From Eledone cirrhosa (taxonomy: Eukaryota), in contig OZ024740.1 of the NCBI GenBank assembly GCA_964016885.1, forward strand, positions 11,904,001 through 11,968,000: DNA of 64,000 nt, read 5' to 3'. Position numbers and translations under genes: made by a program. This document shows, piece after piece, positions 1 to 11,769 of this stretch. Within the stretch, counting starts at the first letter, position 1. Every line of letters starts with the position of its first letter. The notes beneath the pieces were generated by a model. The model was not told where the DNA came from. It saw nothing but the letters and a program-made list of their open reading frames with translations, and did no database searches.

Positions 1-329
1 GACTAAAAGGGGTTGTCATCAGGAATGACATTTGACAGTAAAACCTTGTCTAAAAACGTCCAACATCTGGACAAAATGGTGGACTTAAATAAATGATAAT
101 GACGAAAGCACTAAATATTGAAAACTATGTTAATATTACAACACAACATTACAGATTCATATGAAAGAATATAGAGGGAACAGAAATAGTATTTGTCAAC
201 AGAATATATACATGCACATGTGGAACATGGTGTGAAGCCATTTTAACTGCTGAAGCAAGCTTAGCCTCTCGACTTTGCCCTATATTCTGCATCACCCTCA
301 CCAACCCACTGGCTTTCATTTCCGCCATC

Positions 330-664
330 TTAACCTTTTAGCATTTAAACCGGCCAGAATTCATTCATCTCTTTCTGTTCAAACCGGCCATAACTGCCCA
401 CTTATACTGATGTTAAGGTCTTGTTCAAAAGAATAATTGTTTCTACTTTGGGCACAAGGCCAGCAATTACCCAGTGCATTACTGGTATTTTATTTTATCG
501 ACACCGTAAGGATGAAAGGCAAAATTAACCTCGGCGGGATTTGGACTCAGGCCATAAAGGGCCGTAACTCTTTGCTGCAAAGAATAATATCAAAATCTCA
601 GAGTCGATATTATGTGAGGTAAGGACTTTACAAAAATACAATAGTATATAGAGTAATGGGTTGA
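330..664 (+). mobile_element. TTAA-flanked piggyBac-type MITE, family A (contains a SINE insertion)
   Basis: Starts TTAA-CCTTTTAGCATTTAAAC. Body matches copies at 5312-5508, 6120-6331, 14501-14713 and 18841-19484. Confidence 0.65.
438..580 (-). mobile_element. 5'-truncated tRNA-derived SINE (family S1)
   Basis: Reverse complement of the S1 core GCCTTTCATCCTTACGGxGTCGATAAAATAAA.TACCAG. Flanked by an AAAGAATAAT duplication. Confidence 0.75.
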
Positions 665-1525
665 GCCATGTCATTGTTGGTCTTACCCTATACTCATTTC
701 CATCATTCCTTTCACCAATAATTTTCATATTTCCTCAACACATGGCCTAAACATCTCATTCCATCCCTTTTCTGTTGCCCCACATTTAACACCCATGGTT
801 CTCTCTCTCATAAATCATGGCACTTCTCATACCTGTAACATACACCTTTCCTTTCAGTGATTCTACCCTATTAGCATGCTACTCAGTTCTCAGAATTTCA
901 TCCATGCACGTCTCACTCTAGCCACCATCACCAAATTCAATCTACCTTCTTCATTCAACAGGTATCCTGGGTGTTCACACTTTACGTTTACTTGCTCAAC
1001 AGATCCAACTCAACATCCCCTCTATCTGCTACCTTCTCCATATACTTAAATCTAGCTGCCATGTACACACCCAGCACATAATCTACATTTAATGAAGTTC
1101 ACTAATGCCCTTCCTGTCCACTGCACATAGCCACATCCTACCTTATTCCATGTTTTACCACTTGCCATATATAGAAGTTGTTACAATTCACACCTATGTA
1201 ACTTTAGTTGGGCTTATACAAAGTTGTATCTCATAGGTTTCAGGGATTTTTAATGATAAGGATCCCAGTCCTATCATGAAAAACCACACAAAATGAAGCA
1301 TCTTACTCAAGAACACAACTCACCACCTGGTTCAAGAATCAAACCCATAACCTTATGGTCATGATTCCAACATCCTAACCCATCTCAACACCACTTGTTC
1401 CTTGTTTCAAAGTATTTTGTTTTGTTGGTATTTCTGAGAACTGAATATAACAATCCTTGAAATTGATCTGACAACCCTGGGTTGTAACAGAGGAGATATA
1501 TTACATATGTTATTGTGTCTGCCTT

Positions 1526-2282
1526 AGTCACATATGTAACACAGTAAACACAGTCAGATATGTAACATAAAGCAGTCACATTCACATGTGAAGCAAAGCA
1601 AACAGTGACATATGTAACACAGAGCAGTTACAATCACATGTAACAGACCAGTCTCATATATAACACAGCAATCACAATCAGATATGTAACACAGCAGTCA
1701 CAATCAGATATGTAACACAACAGACAGTCACATATGTAACACAGCAGACACAGTCACATATGTAACACAGCAGACAGTCACATATGTAACAACAGTCACA
1801 TATGTAACACAGCAGACAGTCACATATGTAACAACAGACAGTCACATATGTAACACAGCAGACAGTCACATATGTAACACAGCAGACAGTCACATATGTA
1901 ACACAGCAGACAGTCACATATGTAACACAGCAGACAGTCACATATGTAACACAGCAGACAGTCACATATGTAACACAACAGACAGACACATGTAACACAA
2001 CAGACAGTCACATGTAACACAACAGACAGTCACATGTAACACAACAGAGTCAGATATGTAACACAGCAGATAGTCACATATGTAACAGCAGACAGTCACA
2101 TATGTAACAGCAGACAGTCACATATGTAACACAGCAGACAGTCACATATGTAACAACAGTCACATATGTAACACAACAAACAGTCATATGTAACACAACA
2201 GTCACATATGTAACACAGCAGACAGTCACATATGTAACAGCAGACAGTCACACATGTAACACAGCAGACAGTCACATGTAAC
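1526..2282. repeat. Imperfect ~24-bp minisatellite (GTCACATATGTAACACAGCAGACA)
   Basis: Tandem units with 19-24 bp length variants, degenerate at the left end. Confidence 0.95.
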
Positions 2283-2348
2283 GGTCAACAAATACTATAA
2301 TACAACAGCTACAAGGAAAAATATATTAAAACAAAAAACTTACTAAAC

Positions 2349-2825
2349 ATGTCCAGAGTAAACTAACGATGATGTGGAGTTGTAATGTCCAGAGTAAACT
2401 AACGATGATGTGGAGTTGTAATGTCCAGAGTAAACTAACGATGATGTGGAGTTGTAATGTCCAGAGTAAACTAACGATGATGTGGAGTTGTAATGTCCAG
2501 AGTAAACTAACGATGATGTGGAGTTGTAATGTCCAGAGTAAACTAACGATGATGTGGAGTTGTAATGTCCAGAGTAAACTAACGATGATGTGGAGTTGTA
2601 ATGTCCAGAGTAAACTAACGATGATGTGGAGTTGTAATGTCCAGAGTAAACTAACGATGATGTGGAGTTGTAATGTCCAGAGTAAACTAACGATGATGTG
2701 GAGTTGTAATGTCCAGAGTAAACTAACGATGATGTGGAGTTGTAATGTCCAGAGTAAACTAACGATGATGTGGAGTTGTAATGTCCAGAGTAAACTAACG
2801 ATGATGTGGAGTTGTAATGTCCAGA
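2349..2825. repeat. Perfect 36-bp minisatellite, 13 copies plus a partial (ATGTCCAGAGTAAACTAACGATGATGTGGAGTTGTA)
   Basis: Identical head-to-tail units with no spacers. Confidence 0.98.
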
Positions 2826-3751
2826 AAAGATGGCAGCAGCAAATGGCACCAAACTACATACATTAATGTTAACTAAAGACATTAATATTATGAAATGACA
2901 GGAGTCATATAGAAAGTTATAAACCATGAATCATAGCAAGTATTAAAGGCTACGTTAAGCCTGCCCTGAGGTTATCCCATAATATATACCACAGTTGTGT
3001 CATGTTACTGAAACCAAGAATATTGTAAATGAAATATATTGTAGTAGTAGTAAAAAGGTTCTTAAAATACTACCATATACTCTCACAGGGTGCTTTTTTT
3101 TATTATTATTAAAAAGAAAATTGGGCATGAAAAGCCACTAATCCTTCTCAGTGCTTTCTTTTTCTATGTTTGACTAAATATTAGATTATTATTTTTAGGT
3201 AAATCCTAGAAATATATTTGAGTATTTAGAAATAAAATTTGAGAATTAAAAAAAAAAGAAACAAACAAAAACTTATCTACCAACCCTTGATGTAGGGTTT
3301 GAAATATTAAATAATGAAGCTAAATATCAAAGAAAAGGAAGCTGCAATGTTACTAGTGTAATAAATTATTTTTGTCACATCTATATATATTTTAGAAATT
3401 GGTTTTTTGCTCTAATGTAGCAGATACGTAAATGTATTTGTGAGTTTTATATCAAATAATAATAATTTGCTTGCAAACAAATCAAATATTATTATTATTC
3501 AATATAAGACTCAGGAAAATATTCTTTCCCTTCATAAATTAGAATATATAAATAGAAATATATTTCAGGCAGGAACCAGTTTATTATTATCATTATACAG
3601 GAGTGGACAGGTTTTTACAGGCAATGTCAACACCTAATTGGAGCTACTCTCCTCCTTGATGGAGCACTGGACTGGGTCTTTTGCTCAATATATTCACATT
3701 TGTCAGTTTCTACAACTGGGGGGGGGGGGGGCCTTGCTTAATGATAACCAT

Positions 3752-4345
3752 CATGGTGATGATGATGATGGTTGTGGTGGGATTAGCACTGTGATGGTGG
3801 TGATAGTGAGGTGGTGGTGGTGATATTATGATGGGGTGGTGGTGATGATGGTGGTGGTGATGTGATGTGGTGGTGATGGTGATGATGATGATGTGGTGGT
3901 GGTGATGGTAATGATGATGATGGTGGTGGTGGTGATGATGATGGTGGTGGTTGTGATGATGGTGGTGATGTGATGGTGGTGATGTGATGATGGTGATGGT
4001 GGTGGTGGTGATGATGGTGGTGATGATGGTGATGATGGTGATGATGGTGGTGGTGGTGGTGGTGGTGCTGGTGCTGGTGGTGGTGGTGATGTGGTGGTGG
4101 CGATGATGTGGTGGTGGTGGTAGTGGTGATGATGGTGATGGTGGTGGTGGTGGTGGTGGTGATGATGGTGATGATGGTGGTGGTGGTGGTGGTGCTGGTG
4201 GTGGTGATGGTGGTGGCGATGATGTGGTGGTGGTGGTGGCGATGATATGGTGGTGGTGATAGTGGTGATATTGATGTGATGATGGTAGTGAGGTGCTGAT
4301 GATGATGGTAGTTCTGATGATGATGATGATGATGGTGGTAGTGAT
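3752..4345. repeat. Compound (GGT/GAT)n microsatellite
   Basis: Seen directly. Explains the His/Pro/Thr-rich ORFs. Confidence 0.97.
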
Positions 4346-5059
4346 TTTCACTTCCAAATCTGTTCATACATTTAATTTTTTTATCTTTTTTTTTTTTTTT
4401 TTTGTCTATTTTTGGTGTTTTCTACCATTTGAAATCCTCTTTGTGTTAAGTCAGTTAAATGAATATTGACGACATGTGATGGAGATTAAGAAGATAAGTG
4501 AATTATAGAGAGGGAGGCAATGACAACAATAATACAACACTAGGCTAAAATGACATGACAAAGTCTTTCACAATAACCTCCCAATACCAACACTGGCCAC
4601 CGCACTATTTATATGTCATGGTAACACAACACTACTATCACCACCATCTAATTAGATTGATCAGGGATAGATCTCCAATGATAGGACTGCTCAATCAGGT
4701 GCTGGATTAACCATTAAACAAAATATGCACATGTTTAGTGTATCAAGAGAAGAGGGGTACCATTTTATTCAAATGTAGTTGTCATTCTAAAAATTTTTTT
4801 TTTTTTTTTTTTTTTTTTCCAGATTTTATATATGGATGGGATTTGGTCACTGATTTTATTAGATCAACAATTAGTCTACAGAATCAGGGCTGGAACATCA
4901 AGACTGACTTGGTGCTAAAAACATTATCTAGATATACAATACTACATATTATATACAAGATACAATAACCAACAGCTGCCTCCTCCCCCTTTTCACAATT
5001 TCTACCAGCACCAACTACAAAGTTAACTAAACAAGATTCTTTATTTTGTACTTCACTAA

Positions 5060-5300
5060 TAATTGTTTCTATTTTTGGCACAAGGCCAGCAATAACCAGT
5101 GTATTACTGGTACTTTATTTTATCGACCCAGTAAGGATGAAAGGCAAAGTTAACCTCGGCGGGATTTGAACTCGGGCCATAAAGGGCCGTAACATGCAAA
5201 GCATGGCATCCGACCCTCTAACAAATACTGCCAATCCACTAATAATGGTTTCTGATTGAAGCCAAAGGCCAACAATTTTGGGGGGGAAGGGAAAGTTGAT
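5060..5300 (-). mobile_element. SINE S1 copy plus the tail of a second copy
   Basis: Reverse complement of the 10456-10680 element, including the B-box-like GAGTTCAAATCCC. Confidence 0.8.
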
Positions 5301-5311
5301 TAACACTAACA

Positions 5312-5508
5312 TATTCTATATTTACTATTATATTTTCATGGTAAAGGCTTTACCTCACATAATAGTGAATCTATGAGATTGTGATATTATTTATTTTGAG
5401 AACAATACCTTAACATCAGTATATGAGTGGCCAGTTACAGCTGGCTTAGACAGAACAGGGTGAGAGAACTCTGGCCAGATACAGCCGGTTTAAATGCTTA
5501 AAGGGTTA
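5312..5508 (-). mobile_element. MITE family A, inverted copy
   Basis: Ends ...GTTTAAATGCTTAAAGGG-TTAA. Body is the reverse complement of 6120-6331. Confidence 0.7.
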
Positions 5509-6119
5509 AAGGTTAAAATAGACAAACTTTATATGAAAAAACCAAAGGTAATTTCAGGTAGGTTGGTGGTTGGTATTAAAGTTTAAGACACTAGACAGAT
5601 GAATACTAAAACACATTGTATTTTGTGGTTTTTGTTTTTGTTGGTTTTTTTTTTTCCTCAGACAATGAATAGACTTTTTGGCTGAGAACTTTCCAAAATG
5701 TATTTGAGTATAATCGGCTCCTTTTATAATTAGTCCCGTTAATTATGGCAACTAAACAAATGAATGTAAGAAAGCATGAGTCAGTTGCAGACAATATGAA
5801 GGTTATACAGGCAACATTTTTTTCTCATTATCTGACATATATTTTAGATTATTTCACTGAATAAAACTCACAAAAATAAAATTATAAATTTGTATTATCA
5901 CAAATGTTTATGGATGTGGATATGTGAGTGTTTGTACACACATTTTTAAAATTACTCACTGCTTGATAATTTCCTAACAAACCACAGGCCACCATTGAAT
6001 AAAAGAGAAAGTGTGTGTAATGTAGGTGAGTTGATAGCTATAAGACCTAATTGAGTCCTACAAATGTCTCAATATTAACAAGTAATGAACTATTGTCAAC
6101 ACCACTGTTTCATACCCTT

Positions 6120-6331
6120 TTAACCCTTGAGCATTTAAACCGGCTATATCTGGCCACAATTCTCTCATCTCTTTCTGCTCAAACCAGCTGTAACCGGCCA
6201 CTCATACCGATGTTCAGGTATTGTTCTCAAAAATAAATAACATCAATTTCTCATTGATTCGATATTATGTGAGATAAAGCCTTTACTGTGAAAATATAAT
6301 AGTAAATATAATGTAAATGTTAAAGGGTTAA
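6120..6331 (+). mobile_element. MITE family A, uninterrupted copy
   Basis: TTAA-CCCTTGAGCATTTA ... TAAATGTTAAAGGG-TTAA: imperfect TIRs with the TTAA target typical of piggyBac. Confidence 0.8.
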
Positions 6332-6651
6332 ACATAGGGTTGTCAGTTTACAGAGATGTCAGGCAGTCTACTAAGACAACATTCACTCTTCATAATTTAC
6401 AAATTTAATCTATGGAAGGACAACATAACCATGATCAATAGCTTTCTGAAAATGTTTACAGAAGACGCTTGAACAAAGTGCCATACAATGTTATTATGTG
6501 ATATATATTAAGTATTAGCTATACAAGCCAAGAAAAATTCAATAGGGTCACTCAACCTCAAACAGAACCAGTCTTCCACCATGTCAGCAGAATGAGAAAG
6601 TTGCTTCCCTCAATATCCATTTAAGTGTCCATAATACCAAGATTGGTAGGA

Positions 6652-7374
6652 AAGATAGCCATGGACAAGACTATACAACAGAGTGGACACTACTCAAGAT
6701 AGCCATGGACAAGACTATACAACAGAGTGGACACTACTCAAGATAGCCATGGACAAGACTATACAACAGAGTGGACACTACTCAAGATAGCCATGGACAA
6801 GACTATACAACAGAGTGGACACTACTCAAGATAGCCATGGGCAAGACTATACAACAGAGTGGACACTACTCAAGATAGCCATGGACAAGACTATACAACA
6901 GAGTGGACACTACTCAAGATAGCCATGGACAAGACTATACAACAGAGTGGACACTACTCAAGATAGCCATGGACAAGACTATACAACAGAGTGGACACTA
7001 CTCAAGATAGCCATGGACAAGACTATACAACAGAGTAGACACTACTCAAGATAGCCATGGGCAAGACTATACAACAGAGTGGACACTACTCAAGATAGCC
7101 ATGGACAAGACTATACAACAGAGTGGACACTACTCAAGATAGCCATGGGCAAGACTATACAACAGAGTGGACACTACTCAAGATAGCCATGGACAAGACT
7201 ATACAACAGAGTGGACACTACTCAAGATAGCCATGGACAAGACTATACAACAGAGTGGACACTACTCAAGATAGCCATGGACAAGACTATACAACAGAGT
7301 GGACACTACTCAAGATAGCCATGGACAAGACTATACAACAGAGTGGACACTACTCAAGATAGCCATGGGCAAGA
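6652..7374. repeat. 44-bp minisatellite, ~16 copies (AAGATAGCCATGGACAAGACTATACAACAGAGTGGACACTACTC)
   Basis: Near-identical tandem units with a recurring GGAC/GGGC variant. Confidence 0.97.
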
Positions 7375-7464
7375 TGGTGGTGTTAAAGCAGTCAACAGAT
7401 TAAGTATACCACAGCAGGATTTGATTTGAGAAGACATGCTATAAAGTGGTCATGTAGGTATGAT

Positions 7465-7620
7465 GACAAAAAGCACCCAATACACTGTAAATATGGTTGG
7501 TGTTAGGAAGGACATCCAGCCATTGAGCAAGACAGTTACCTGACCCAACATGTCTCAAACAGGACAACCTGTCTAACTCATACTAGCATGGAAAATGGAC
7601 GTTAAATGATGATGATGATA
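7465..7620 (+). mobile_element. RTE 3'UTR-type repeat with (GAT)n tail
   Basis: AAAAGCACCCA...GGTTGGTGTTAGGAAGG.CATCCAGC...GCATGGAAAATGGACGTTAAATGATGATG. Same as the 3' end of the RTE at 45110-45852. Confidence 0.75.
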
Positions 7621-8649
7621 GCTAAAACAGATACTGCAAGACATTTCAACAGATGCTCCAACAATTGTACCAATTCACTTCCCTGGGCTGATTCTATATT
7701 TTATCAACTCCAAAAGGATGAAAGGCAAAGTTGCCTTTGGCAGAATTTGAACCCGGATAGTACGGATGTTTGAAATAACTCATTAATAAAGAAGTTCTCA
7801 CAACCACTCACACACAAGGAAACAGACTAACAGGTACTACTACTAGGTGTGAATTAGTGGCATACAGTTGTCACTAATTCATTCCATCTAGGTCGGGCAA
7901 AATCTTTAAAAAAAAAAAGTCTTGTTCAACCTCTGTTAGCATGGAAAAGGAACAGTGTAAAAATGTTGATAGTTAATCTTGAATTATGGTTCACTATCAG
8001 ATAAATGATAATTTGACACTAGTTCTGCTTATATTAGCAAGAAACATTCCACTCTTGATAAGGAAAAGAGATCACAGTCCAATCTAGATGAAGATAAAAA
8101 TAAAGATTGAATTAATTTGTGAAAGAAGCCTGTAAGAAGAATAACAAGAGCTAGTAGTTTTCTTAATTTCCTCCAGCAACTTGACACAAGTCACATGCGT
8201 TAATCTTAGTACTATGTCACATAAGGCAGCTGATTAGCAGAGACATTGCAGCATTAGAGAGAATGTGTTGTGATATTTGTTTCAGATCGGAATTTAAATC
8301 CCACCAAGGTCCAATTTGCTTTTCATACATTTGGAGTCAATAAAGTATCCACCCAATACTGGTGGCTGTCTCTCCTCTCCAAGTGGTCACATTCTGGTAC
8401 TTTGTTAGATCAAAGGAGGAAGAGTTGAAACTGTGTCTCTGCTCAACATTACATGGGCTCTTTAAAACCCTTAACAAAAGCATGATACATACAATCAAGT
8501 CATGCTTAATTCAGAAAGGGCCATGGTTTTAACTATGTCTACTTAACGGAAGCAACTACTGCCAGCAAACCAGCAGAAATCTATTTAAAAAAAGAAATTC
8601 CAAACAATTTTGAAAATTAAAACTTTAAATTTCAGTAGAAAAGGAAGAG

Positions 8650-9037
8650 ATGAACTTTTATTTACAATTGTATAAATAACATTACAAATGGGGAAGGGGT
8701 AGAGAAGAGCAGATCTGGCTGTGTAGGAAAGTAGAGGAAAGGACTATAAAAGCCATGAAAGGAAAAGGAGGGGAACAGCAAGGACTCTAGGGTCAAACAA
8801 AAGGAGGGGGAAGGGTGAGGGTGATGGCCTCTGGACCGGTGGTGCGGCAGCGTTGGGGCTGCGCCTTGCGGACAAAACTGCAAAAGCATTTCCATGGACA
8901 ATGGTCAGCAACACCCACTGCAACAGCCACTCAACCTCTCAGGGATCCTTCCTCAGATGGGCTACTGACGTTCAGTGAATGAGCTCAGCAGTATGGGGTC
9001 CGAGGACGCCTGAGGTCTCAACTTTAAATATGGCAAG
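8650..9037 (-). mobile_element. CRE-clade non-LTR retrotransposon 3' remnant (C-terminus of restriction-like endonuclease plus 3'UTR)
   Basis: One minus frame reads VETSGVLGPHTAELIH*TSVAHLRKDP*EVEWLLQWVLLTIVHGNAFAVLSA. This matches the CRE consensus VETxGxxGP...DPRE..(F/W)L.QR.S..I.RGNA..VL, and the deviations fit CpG decay. Confidence 0.75.
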
Positions 9038-9554
9038 TAAAATTTCAATGAGAAAGTTTTAAGTACTTCCTTTAATTATTTCAAAACTATTTATATTTAA
9101 GCTATATCTAGAATTGTTTTTTTAAGAGCAGCATCTGTTTCATGGCTGGTTAAGATCTACATCTAATAAGAAATACTAGGGGTGGGAGAGGTGCTACCAC
9201 CTTCAGTAAATTATATTATATCTAATTATAGCAAGGTAGAAAATATTACTTTATTATGACTGTTTACAACGCTGGCATGAGTTGTTACGTTCTAAAGCTA
9301 GACAGGTCAAATGACTGTGTCCTACTTATATGTATTAGTTTGGCATTGATTCTATGGCTTGGTGCTCTTCATAACGCTAACCACTTTACAGCATGTTCTG
9401 AGTACATTTTATCATGGTACCAGCACTACTATTTGACAAAATGGGCTAGGTGCATTTTAATGTGGCTCCGGCACTACCATTTTAAAATGTACCTAGGATT
9501 GTCAACATTTTGTAAATAACTCTTAGTAAAAATGTATATGGATATATATATGTG

Positions 9555-10040
9555 CACACACTGTAAATGTGGTTGGCCTTACGAAGGGCACCTAGCTGTA
9601 GAAACCTAGCCAAAATCTGCCCCAAGTGAACTAAACATGGTCCTCTAACCTGATTTTCTCCCTAAGGGTCAATCCATCCTACCCATGCTAGTGTGGAAGA
9701 TGGACGTTAAACAACGATGATGATATATGTGTGTATATATATATGGCTTATGCATATGTATATATGCTTATCATTATCATTGTGTGTGTGTGTGTATTAT
9801 GTTGGTACCACATAACATCCAGCCCACACAGTAATGTTGTGTAAGTGCCATGACAAAAAGCACCCAGCCCACACTGTATATGTGATTGGTGTTAGGAAGG
9901 GCATCCAGCTGTAGAAAACCTGCCAGATACAGTCCTATATGAGTGAGACACAGGCACCCGACCCAACTTGCCTCTAAATGGGACAAACTCGTCTAACCCA
10001 TGCTAGCATGGAAGATAGATATTAAACGATGATGATGATA
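9555..10040 (+). mobile_element. Two RTE 3'UTR-type repeats with (GAT)n tails
   Basis: Two copies of ...GAAGGGCATCCAGCTGTAGAAACC...ACCCATGCTAGCATGGAAGA.GGACGTTAAAC.GATGATGAT. Confidence 0.75.
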
Positions 10041-10455
10041 TATATGTGTATGTATAAATATATAGAATACATCACTGATTTGCATGTTACGCAACTTGGA
10101 GCGTAGCTTACAGATTCCCAGAAACCTATCAAAGATATTCATCGTTTAATACCTAATATCTATCTATCAGGTCCAGGTTCATCTAACCTGTTTGTATTTT
10201 CATTGTAGTATTAAGGTGGCAGCATGCCTCTCGTTGCATTTTTCATTGTGTCACATTACCTAACTTACATTAATTACTCTGAGGATTAATTTATTGATTT
10301 CTTTCTCATTGAGTGCTTCATGGCAGCCTCCAAAGATTGATTGCGAACCTGGTACTCGTAGCTTCAACTTCGGTTATACTCACTATTATTATTATTATTA
10401 TTATTATTAATAAATAAATAAAGAAATAAAGAAATCATTATTATTATTATTAATA

Positions 10456-10680
10456 GGGCGGTGGATTGGCAGTATCGGTAGAGGGTCGGACGCCATGCTT
10501 TACAGCAAGAGTTACGGCCCTTTATGATCTGAGTTCAAATCCTGCCAAGGTAAACTTTGCGTTTTATCCTTACGGGGTCGATAAAATAAAGTACCAGTCA
10601 CGCACTGGGGTCGATTTAATCGACTTCCCCCTTCCCCAAAGTTGCTGGCCCTGTGCCATAATAAGAAACCATTATTATTA
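10456..10680 (+). mobile_element. Full-length tRNA-derived SINE S1 (Nin/Deu-like central domain, (TTA)n tail)
   Basis: A-box-like TGGCAGTATCGG, B-box GAGTTCAAATCC, core CTTTGCxTTTxATCCTTACGGGGTCGATAAAATAAAGTACCAG and an ATT tail. More than 15 related fragments in the window. Confidence 0.85.
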
Positions 10681-11400
10681 ATAGTGTCCGTGTTAAAAAT
10701 GGGTTATAATCAGTCAACAGTTTTGTTTTACTATTTATTAGTGCCACTAAGACTGGAGGGTTGGAGGTATCCTCAATACAAAGACTTGGTCCAAATTCTT
10801 ACAACAGTGGAGTCTGCTAAAGGCACTCAAGGACGGTGATGTGAAATTAATTCGTTTATCTACTTCCCTGCTCTGGTACTTTAAAAGAAGTTAACCTTTG
10901 ATAGGATTTCATCCTAGAGTGTAGGGAACAAATGCAGTAAAACATTTAATTTTATGGTCTAACAATTTCACCAACCCCCTTCCCTGCTACTTTCTATTAT
11001 CAAACCCTTGAAAGGATGAAAGGCAAAATTAACATCTGCAGGATTTGAACCCAGTTTTAAACACATAGCCAAGAGAATATATTGCAAGGCATTTCTGTCC
11101 TAGACTTTTACAACTCGGTCAACCCACCACATATTGCAAAGGAGTGGGCATATATTTTGCCAAAGAAACAATTAAGCTAAACTTTACACACTAAGTGAAA
11201 AGAATAACTAATTAAGACCACAGTCATAAGTAATTAGCTACATAAATGACGTAATTATGATACATTTCAGATGCTGAACTATAAAAAAAAAAAAAAAAAA
11301 ATCAATTTTGACAAAGGATGAAAATTGCCAGTAATCACATTAACATTGATATTATAGCTTGTTAGTTGGAAAGGATAGCAATGAAACAGATTATATACTG

Positions 11401-11450
11401 TGTGCTGTCTGATGAGCCTGTGATAAACAGGCAAAACACAAGAGCAACAA
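11401..11450 (+). ncRNA. Degenerate type I hammerhead ribozyme motif (Penelope-like)
   Basis: CTGATGA-GCCTGT-GATAA-ACAGGC-AAAAC: perfect 6-bp stem II. Core GAAA is mutated to AAAA, consistent with CpG decay. Confidence 0.5.
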
Positions 11451-11724
11451 GACTTACTATTTAACCTTAATAAAGGAATATTAAAACTCTACTTTGCTAT
11501 TGAGTACTCTTTTCTCTCAGCCATCAACTATATATATTGTATATATATTATATCGGCTACCATTTCGATACATGCCCAGTATTATATATATTAGTCAACT
11601 AATTTATTTGACATATACTAACAAAAATACTGCCCAGCAGAGGGCAGTATGTGTCTCCCAGTATATTCATATTTTCTTCTTTGTGAAATACAGACTAAAA
11701 TATTTGTATACACCAATTACCTAC

Positions 11725-11759
<35 letters not shown>

Positions 11760-11769
11760 TATATATATT

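Larger units (their letters stand above)
230..1190 (-). mobile_element. Decayed RTE-clade LINE 3' fragment, interrupted by a MITE
   Basis: Minus-strand translation gives broken RTE ORF2 motifs (VARVRRAWMKF.EL, LKGKVY...MRSAMIY, (G)RPTMTWL). Boundaries approximate. Confidence 0.6.

Noticed and set aside
2349-2825. 36-bp repeats resembling a CRISPR array in size
   Set aside because: Units are contiguous with no spacers, there are no cas genes, and the context is eukaryotic.
3710-4367. His/Pro-rich ORFs
   Set aside because: (GGT/GAT)n microsatellite.
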